Shown: positions 26,323 to 32,000 of the stretch, in pieces
Layout: every line of letters begins with the position of its first letter
Numbering within the stretch: the first letter of the stretch is position 1
Source of the DNA: Ignicoccus islandicus DSM 13165
GTDB taxonomy: Archaea; Thermoproteota; Thermoprotei_A; Sulfolobales; Ignicoccaceae
Length of the DNA stretch: 32,000 nucleotides
Direction: 5' to 3'
NCBI RefSeq assembly: GCF_001481685.1
Contig: NZ_CP006867.1
Location: 150,001-182,000, forward strand
The notes under the pieces: generated by a model
What the model saw: only the letters and a program-made list of their open reading frames with translations
Told to the model about the DNA's origin: nothing
Database searches by the model: none
Position numbers and translations under genes: made by a program

Positions 26323-26868
26323 GTGAAGGGAATAAGGGCCTACGTGGTAGGCGATAGATCAGTAGTATTGGAAGAAGACGCTGCTAAGAAGCTATATTGG
26401 GATGGCTTCTTCGGACACCCGTTTACTACTCCGAAACCAAAAACTCAGGAGGACGTCAAACCTCCTCTGGTCCTATCTCCTTTGGAAACAATATATTTAA
26501 CCGAGAAAGGAGTTCTGAGACCTATTGACGTGAAGAGCGGGAAGGAATTGAGTCTAGAAGATCTGTGGAAAATGTGGGGTTCGGAAGACGTCAAGTTAAC
26601 TTACTCGGTATATAAGGAGCTGAGGGACATGGGATTCGTAGTTAGATCTGGACTCAAATACGGTTCCGATTTCGCGGTCTATGAGTTCGGTCCCGGAATA
26701 GATCACGCCCCCTTCTTAGTAGACGTTAAGAAAGCCGACGAAGAGATAGACCCTGCTGAAATGGTTAGGTCGGGAAGAATGGCACACGGTGTTAAGAAGA
26801 GATTGATCTTCTCAATAGTGAAGGGCGATAAGATCAATCACATCGTTTTTAAATGGGTCCTACCCTAA
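26323..26868 (+). CDS. endA: tRNA-splicing endonuclease
   Basis: YKELRDMGFVVRSGLKYGSDFAVYEFGPGIDHAPFLV...RMAHGVKKRLIFSIV carries the catalytic Tyr/His/Lys motifs. Confidence 0.92.
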   Translation: MKGIRAYVVGDRSVVLEEDAAKKLYWDGFFGHPFTTPKPKTQEDVKPPLVLSPLETIYLTEKGVLRPIDVKSGKELSLEDLWKMWGSEDVKLTYSVYKELRDMGFVVRSGLKYGSDFAVYEFGPGIDHAPFLVDVKKADEEIDPAEMVRSGRMAHGVKKRLIFSIVKGDKINHIVFKWVLP

Positions 26869-26898
26869 GAGGGCATAGGCAAAACCCTCCCGACAACG

Positions 26899-27273
26899 GT
26901 GAGTACCTTGAGTTACAAGCGCCGTGGTGGCAGGAGAGAGGGAAGGGAACCTACTCCAAAGCCTATAGGCGATAAGTGTAACCCAGCTTGTCCCTTCTTC
27001 AGATGTTCACAGAACGCGCTCATGTACACGAAGAAGTACGTGAAGGGAAGGGTAATAACGGTAGTAATGTGTAGATTGGTTGGCGATAAGTGCATAGGTT
27101 ACAACTGTCAGTACGCATATTGCCAAAAGAGGTACTTGTTGCCGGACGGCCGCTGCTCGTGGGCATTGAGGAAGGAGGAAAAGGAGGAGGACTTCCTTAG
27201 CGATCTCGAAAAAGAAGAGAAGGAGTTCAAGAGGTTGGGTAAAAAGGTGAAAGGTTTTGACGACTTCTACTAA
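26899..27273 (+). CDS. Cys-rich, probable metal-binding protein (124 aa)
   Basis: CNPACPFFRC...CRLVGDKCIGYNCQYAYCQKRYLLPDGRC; within a tight operon, overlapping the ABC ATPase gene. Confidence 0.65.
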   Translation: MSTLSYKRRGGRREGREPTPKPIGDKCNPACPFFRCSQNALMYTKKYVKGRVITVVMCRLVGDKCIGYNCQYAYCQKRYLLPDGRCSWALRKEEKEEDFLSDLEKEEKEFKRLGKKVKGFDDFY

Positions 27274-28042
27274 GGTAGTCTCGTTCGACGACGTATGGGT
27301 GAAATACGATAGGGAATATGCCCTTCAAGGCGTGACTTTCGATGTTCCCGAAAAGGACTTCTTAGTCGTCTTGGGCCCTAACGGTGCCGGTAAGACCACC
27401 TTACTTAAGACAATTCTCGGTGTAGTTAAGCCTGCAAAAGGAAGGGTACTGGTTTTTGGTAAGGAACCTTGGGCTCATAGAGACGTAATAGTTAATTACG
27501 TAGGCTATGTTCCACAAAGAGAACATATTAATGAGAAAGTGCCGCTCAAAGTGATAGACGTAGTTATGATGGGCTTGACTGTGAAGAAGTTTTTCTTTAA
27601 CAAGAAAAAGGCCTACGAGAAGGCAATCGAGGTTCTCCAGTACGTTGGACTCAAAGACTTAGCTTTTAAGAACTTCAACGAACTATCCGGAGGTCAAAAG
27701 CAGAGAGTATTAATTGCAAGGGCCATAATCAGCGATCCTAAACTATTGCTGCTGGACGAACCCTTCTCCGCTCTAGACGCGAATAGCTCTAGGTTAGTCT
27801 CTTCCCTATTAAAGAGGTTAAACGATGAAGGGAAAACTATAATATTGGTAACTCACACTTTGGATCCGGTATTTAATGTAATGAAGAGATTGCTCCTATT
27901 GAATAAAAAGTTAATAGCTATAGGTCCTCCCAAGGAGGTTCTAACACCTGAGAACTTAAAGAAGGCATATGGAATAGAAGTACCGGTAGTTACTTACAAT
28001 AACACGTGCTATCCTATTCTCGGTGACCAGCATGGAAGGTAG
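27257..28042 (+). CDS. Metal-type ABC transporter ATP-binding protein (ZnuC/MntB-like)
   Basis: Walker A GPNGAGKTT, signature LSGGQKQR, Walker B LLLLDEPFSALD, H-loop VTHT. Confidence 0.9.
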   Translation: MTTSTKVVSFDDVWVKYDREYALQGVTFDVPEKDFLVVLGPNGAGKTTLLKTILGVVKPAKGRVLVFGKEPWAHRDVIVNYVGYVPQREHINEKVPLKVIDVVMMGLTVKKFFFNKKKAYEKAIEVLQYVGLKDLAFKNFNELSGGQKQRVLIARAIISDPKLLLLDEPFSALDANSSRLVSSLLKRLNDEGKTIILVTHTLDPVFNVMKRLLLLNKKLIAIGPPKEVLTPENLKKAYGIEVPVVTYNNTCYPILGDQHGR

Positions 28043-28790
28043 TATGTTCGTAGTCTCACTAATATCGGCGTGGGCTCTCCTTAGATTGGGGAAATTTCTG
28101 GTTCCCATGAGTTCCGGTTTCGTAATCCCAATAAGTTCCGAGATGCTCTTCGCTGTAGCGATGATCTCGTTCTTGTGTTGCCCTAAGCTCCTTCTCGTAA
28201 TGATTGCATTGGCTGGCCCCTTACTGTCGTTTCTATATTTCAAGAGAAGTTCGTCCAACCTCATACTCTTAAAGTCAATGGCTTATTCCATTTCGATAAT
28301 AGGTGCTGCCTTCGTAGATTACAGCTATTATAGCACAATAGAATCTTTCGTAACTGGCTTCCTTTACCCAACGCCGGAACTAATTTCCTTAAGCATTATC
28401 GTTTTCTTACTAGCGATATTGCTTAAGGTTTTCGAGTATCCAATCAACTTCTCGCTCTTCGATATGGAATATAGTCAAATAAAGGGTCTTAAACCGAAAT
28501 TGTGGCTTACGTTAGTATACGTTTCAGCTGCCTACGTGGGGGCCCAACTAACGTTCTTCCAAGGCTTCCTGTTAGCACACGTAACCTCGCTTAGCTTACT
28601 GGTAGTCGGATATCTATTAAGAGAGTTGAGGAGCGAAATAACGGCCCTACTCGTCTTCGCAGTTGTTAACTACGTTAGTGGAATTTACCTCCCCTTAGCC
28701 TACTCTTCCGCGGTATCTTCAGTTGCGTTGCTACTACTGTGGCAGGCCCGCGAAAAGGCGTTGCCCAACGTGCGGAAGACCCTTATGTGA
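28023..28790 (+). CDS. Metal-type ABC transporter permease (ZnuB-like), start probably 28035
   Basis: Multi-TM protein overlapping the 3' end of the ATPase gene. Family inferred from size, topology and operon context. Confidence 0.65.
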   Translation: MTSMEGSMFVVSLISAWALLRLGKFLVPMSSGFVIPISSEMLFAVAMISFLCCPKLLLVMIALAGPLLSFLYFKRSSSNLILLKSMAYSISIIGAAFVDYSYYSTIESFVTGFLYPTPELISLSIIVFLLAILLKVFEYPINFSLFDMEYSQIKGLKPKLWLTLVYVSAAYVGAQLTFFQGFLLAHVTSLSLLVVGYLLRELRSEITALLVFAVVNYVSGIYLPLAYSSAVSSVALLLLWQAREKALPNVRKTLM

Positions 28791-29049
28791 AAGGCACGAT
28801 TGTTACGCGTGCTCGAGAGGTAAGTGCGAAATTTGCGGTAAGGAACTGGCTATAGGTAGGTGTTACTATTGCGGTAGATTGATTTGCAGGAACTGCAGCG
28901 TCGAGCTATCTCCGGGCATAAGGGCTTGCAAGGAATGTTATTCCAAGAGGGACTACCTCGAAAGGAACAACGATCAATTGGAACTTTACGAACGATGGGT
29001 GGAAGGGAAGGTTAGAAGACTAACTCTTCTTTTGTATAGATTAGAATAG
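28723..29049 (+). CDS. Multi-zinc-finger (B-box-like) protein
   Basis: MRCYYCGRPAKRRCPTCGRPLCERHDCYAC...CEICGKELAIGRCYYCGRLICRNC; TTG start; overlaps the permease gene by 68 nt. Confidence 0.65.
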   Translation: MRCYYCGRPAKRRCPTCGRPLCERHDCYACSRGKCEICGKELAIGRCYYCGRLICRNCSVELSPGIRACKECYSKRDYLERNNDQLELYERWVEGKVRRLTLLLYRLE

Positions 29050-29947
29050 ATGCGTTGGCGTCGTAGAGGGATAAGAGCAAGTTCTTTACGTGGTTCACTA
29101 CGTGAAGGATCCTATATTTCAGTGTCTCATCTATTTCCCTTTCCACTATGCTCGCTTCTATGTGTTCAATCAGTTCTATTCTATCATTTATATCTTTTAA
29201 GCTCGTCTGCCCAAGCTTCATTTCCCTAACGAACTCCAATATCTCCACTAGCGAGTTTAATACGTCCATAACTAACCTGGACTTACCTTCTATTACTCTG
29301 GCCAATGGTATTACGGAATCGGAAGCGTTCTCAAGGCTCGTGAACAGTTTGGATAGGTGAATTGATTGTTGCTTCGAGAGATCGGGATTCGTTATTAACA
29401 TCCTCATGCCGAGCCGACTGAGCTTGTCTATCTCGTTTTCAATATCTTCCAAGAACTTAATGTCAATTTGGTTTTCGCCTAAGTGTTTTATCATCGAAAT
29501 TAGGAACTTAAGGGACCTGTTTACAAGCGATGGTACATCGTGAGACCTTATGTCGGTGAAAGTCTGGAGAACTATCCTATCAAGCGATTGATCTACTATC
29601 TCTAGTCCAATTAATCTAGAGGTCGCTTCCTTCGCCTGCTTTATTGCTTCCTTCAACAAGCTAACGTCTTCCACTTCTACAGAGATTTCAGTGGCTCCGT
29701 TAATGTAGGCCGAGACTATAGTTCTGTAAACGATGTTGTTCTCAGCGCTCTTAACCCTCAGCTTCACTGTGAGCTTAGATGAAGTCGTTTCGCCGCTTGG
29801 AGCTATTATTATTTCATTCTCCCCAATATATAGAGTTAGGGTGTCGCCGGCCTTCAGTTTCTTCCTTTTTATCCATTCAGCGGGCAACGAGACTACTAAG
29901 GTAGACTTCCCTAACTTCACTAACTTACGTTGTTCGATTGAGGCCAA
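29012..29947 (-). CDS. AbrB-like DNA-binding domain fused to PhoU-like domain (archaeal phosphate uptake regulator type)
   Basis: RKLVKLGKSTLVVSLPAEWIKRKKLKAGDTLTL (SpoVT/AbrB) followed by PhoU-like helices. Confidence 0.85.
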   Translation of the reverse strand: MASIEQRKLVKLGKSTLVVSLPAEWIKRKKLKAGDTLTLYIGENEIIIAPSGETTSSKLTVKLRVKSAENNIVYRTIVSAYINGATEISVEVEDVSLLKEAIKQAKEATSRLIGLEIVDQSLDRIVLQTFTDIRSHDVPSLVNRSLKFLISMIKHLGENQIDIKFLEDIENEIDKLSRLGMRMLITNPDLSKQQSIHLSKLFTSLENASDSVIPLARVIEGKSRLVMDVLNSLVEILEFVREMKLGQTSLKDINDRIELIEHIEASIVEREIDETLKYRILHVVNHVKNLLLSLYDANASILIYTKEELVF

Positions 29948-30028
29948 TGCACCTCACTCTCTGTCACGATATTCCCTAAGGTCCCATTTTAATCTACCTT
30001 CTGATTTTTACTTCCACCGGAATGGGAC

Positions 30029-30274
30029 ATGGAAGAGGTAGATCTTCTATTCATAGAAGGTCTGGCATTAAACGGATTAGTTGAAGACGCTAAAGTGATA
30101 GAAGAAGGTGGTAAGGCCAGGCTGTGGGTAAGAACTATTGATGGGAAAGAGTACGTAAGCAAGAGGGACGATCCGGGAAGCGTTAGGAAATCCTACTTCT
30201 TAGTTAGAGTTTATAGTCAGTGGGGTAAACTAATAAATCAGCCGATGAAGAGTGGTATTACCAGTGATCGATGA
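30029..30274 (+). CDS. Hypothetical protein (81 aa)
   Basis: ORF in the divergent gap between AbrB-PhoU and the phosphohexomutase. Confidence 0.5.
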   Translation: MEEVDLLFIEGLALNGLVEDAKVIEEGGKARLWVRTIDGKEYVSKRDDPGSVRKSYFLVRVYSQWGKLINQPMKSGITSDR

Positions 30275-30342
30275 GCAGTGCCCCTCCCCTGAGGGATCTT
30301 CTTTTTATTAATCTAAACAATTAGAGAGAAACGGTAGGAAGC

Positions 30343-31716
30343 TTGGGAAGGCTCTTCGGTACAGATGGGGTCCGCGGAATAGTAAATGAGAGCATGACCC
30401 CGGAATTGGCTATGAAAGTTGCTCAAGCCACGTGTACGTGGTTCGGAAAGGGCAAGGTTCTGGTAGGCAGGGACGTAAGGTATGGTGGAGACATGTTAGT
30501 TAACGCAGTAAGCGCCGGGCTATTGTCGGCCGGATGCGAAGTTTACTACGCGGGCTTAGTCCCTACGCCCGCTTTACAATACGCTGTTCCGAGACTTGGG
30601 TACGATTTGGGAATAATGGTCACTGCTTCTCACAACCCACCTCCATACAACGGGGTTAAGGTAATAGGAAGTAATGGAGTCGAACTCCCTAGGGAATCTG
30701 AAAGAGAGATAGAGGAAATATTCTTCAATGAAAGATTCGTTCGCGTACCATTCAACCTAGTTAAGGGATGGAAGGAAGAAAAGAGGGTCTTGGAGACTTA
30801 CGTAAAGGGAATACTTAAAGAGGTAGACGATAGTCTGATTAAGAAGAAGGAGTTCAAGGTCGTAGTAGACGGAGCCAATAGCGTGGGATCCCTCGCGACT
30901 CCGGTCGTCTTGAGGGCCCTGGGCGTCAAAGTATTGTGCGTTAACTGTAACTTGGACCCATCGTTTCCAGGTAGGGAACCAGAGCCTACACCTACTTCCT
31001 TAACCGACACCTCAGCTATGGCCGTCGCCGCTGGAGCCGACTTGATAGTGGCTCACGACGCCGATGCCGATAGGGCAATCATAGGGGACGACAGAGGCGA
31101 AATTTACTGGGGAGATAGGAGCGGTTCTTTACTAACCTACTTCTTATCAAGAAAGTACCCCCACTTGCCTAGGAGGACGTTCACTGGGGTATCTTCGTCC
31201 CACTTCGTCGTGGAGGGATTCCTAAAGGAGAAAGGAATTGAAGTTAGGTGGACGCCCGTAGGCAGCGTCGTGATTTCACATACCCTAATAAAAGAAGGGG
31301 GCATTAGTGGATTCGAGGAAAACGGAGGTTTCATCAACCCCGTTCACCACCCCGTTAGAGACGGCGCAATGACTGCCGCTTCGTTCCTAGAGATGATGGC
31401 AATTGAAGGCAAGAAGGCGTCCGAGCTCTTCTCGGAACTACCTAAAGCGTACGCTAAGAAAGGCAAGGTACCTAGGCCTGAGAAGTTGAACCTAGAGAAG
31501 CTTTACGAAGAGCTGTCGTCAACTTACAGTAGTTGCGAGCAGTGGAGAATAGACGGCCTCAAGGTGGTTTGCGAAGACTTCTGGTTCCTAGTGAGGCCAT
31601 CTGGTACAGAGCCCGTATTGAGGATAATGGTAGAGACTAGGGATCCGAGAACGCTCGATGAGACGTATAGGAACGTTGAGGCTACTGTCTTGAAGTACCT
31701 CCAAGGGACTCCCTGA
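30343..31716 (+). CDS. Phosphoglucosamine mutase / phosphomannomutase family
   Basis: LFGTDGVRGIVN, TASHNPPPYNG, DADADRAIIGD, RPSGTEPVLRIMVE. TTG start. Confidence 0.9.
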   Translation: MGRLFGTDGVRGIVNESMTPELAMKVAQATCTWFGKGKVLVGRDVRYGGDMLVNAVSAGLLSAGCEVYYAGLVPTPALQYAVPRLGYDLGIMVTASHNPPPYNGVKVIGSNGVELPRESEREIEEIFFNERFVRVPFNLVKGWKEEKRVLETYVKGILKEVDDSLIKKKEFKVVVDGANSVGSLATPVVLRALGVKVLCVNCNLDPSFPGREPEPTPTSLTDTSAMAVAAGADLIVAHDADADRAIIGDDRGEIYWGDRSGSLLTYFLSRKYPHLPRRTFTGVSSSHFVVEGFLKEKGIEVRWTPVGSVVISHTLIKEGGISGFEENGGFINPVHHPVRDGAMTAASFLEMMAIEGKKASELFSELPKAYAKKGKVPRPEKLNLEKLYEELSSTYSSCEQWRIDGLKVVCEDFWFLVRPSGTEPVLRIMVETRDPRTLDETYRNVEATVLKYLQGTP

Positions 31717-32000
31717 AGTAAGCCCCACCGCAGAGAGGTATGCCGTAGGTCTTCTTCCTAGTTTTCAAACACAATCCGGTTGTCTTCGAATAGTATAAGC
31801 ATTTTTCGCACCCGCCCTTGCTCACGAGCTCTATTAATTGCTTCAGTTTCTCAATGCACCAGTCCAATTTCTCCAAGACAGACTTAAGTAGCGGCGCTAC
31901 TAAGCAACACTGAGTACCCTTAGAGCACTCCTTGACGCTTTTCTTGAAAACGCCCTCTAGATCCTTCCTAAGGCTTTCAATTTGGGTTACAATGAATTCC
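31682..32000 (-). CDS. Cys-containing hypothetical protein, partial (runs off the window edge)
   Basis: The tracked 64-aa ORF is open upstream to position 32000 with no stop: EFIVTQIESLRKDLEGVFKKSVKECSKGTQCCLVAPLLKSVLEKLDWCIEKLKQLIELVSKGGCEKCLYYSKTTGLCLKTRKKTYGIPLCGGAYF... Confidence 0.6.
   Translation of the reverse strand, partial: EFIVTQIESLRKDLEGVFKKSVKECSKGTQCCLVAPLLKSVLEKLDWCIEKLKQLIELVSKGGCEKCLYYSKTTGLCLKTRKKTYGIPLCGGAYFRESLGGTSRQ

Noticed and set aside
1-32000. CRISPR array, rRNA, prophage or transposon
   Set aside because: No regularly spaced short repeats, rRNA motifs, integrase, transposase or structural phage genes were seen on reading.

Overview
This is an archaeal chromosomal window. 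Evidence: encoded tRNA CCA ends, a bulge-helix-bulge (BHB) tRNA intron, CTTTTTAA-type TATA boxes upstream of tRNAs, frequent TTG/GTG starts, and archaeal genes (endA, purP, Taw3-like, archaeal phosphohexomutase, AbrB-PhoU). Gene style suggests a hyperthermophilic Crenarchaeote of the Desulfurococcales/Ignicoccus type, but I cannot confirm this without a search. It holds three tRNAs: His(GTG) with a 24-nt intron, Gly(CCC), and an initiator-like Met(CAT). Confident coding calls include ileS, a thioredoxin/CcdA-DsbD-like fusion, a LOG-family protein, an enolase-superfamily enzyme, an NTR/ferredoxin-NADP reductase-like flavoprotein, an SDR, a PD-(D/E)XK-like nuclease, purP, a class II glutamine amidotransferase, an Lrp/AsnC regulator, a DUF47/PhoU-like protein, endA, a metal ABC transporter without an adjacent binding protein, AbrB-PhoU, and a phosphohexomutase. 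Several secreted or membrane proteins are lineage-specific in appearance. The best candidate for something undescribed is a PIN-domain (VapC-like) gene flanked by two small genes that share a perfect 142-bp direct repeat (18776-18917 = 19478-19619, offset 702 bp). This looks like a toxin between two copies of a possible partner gene. The second candidate is a minus-strand pair: a P-loop ATPase and a 396-aa protein of unknown function (3455-5539). No CRISPR array, rRNA or transposase was seen.
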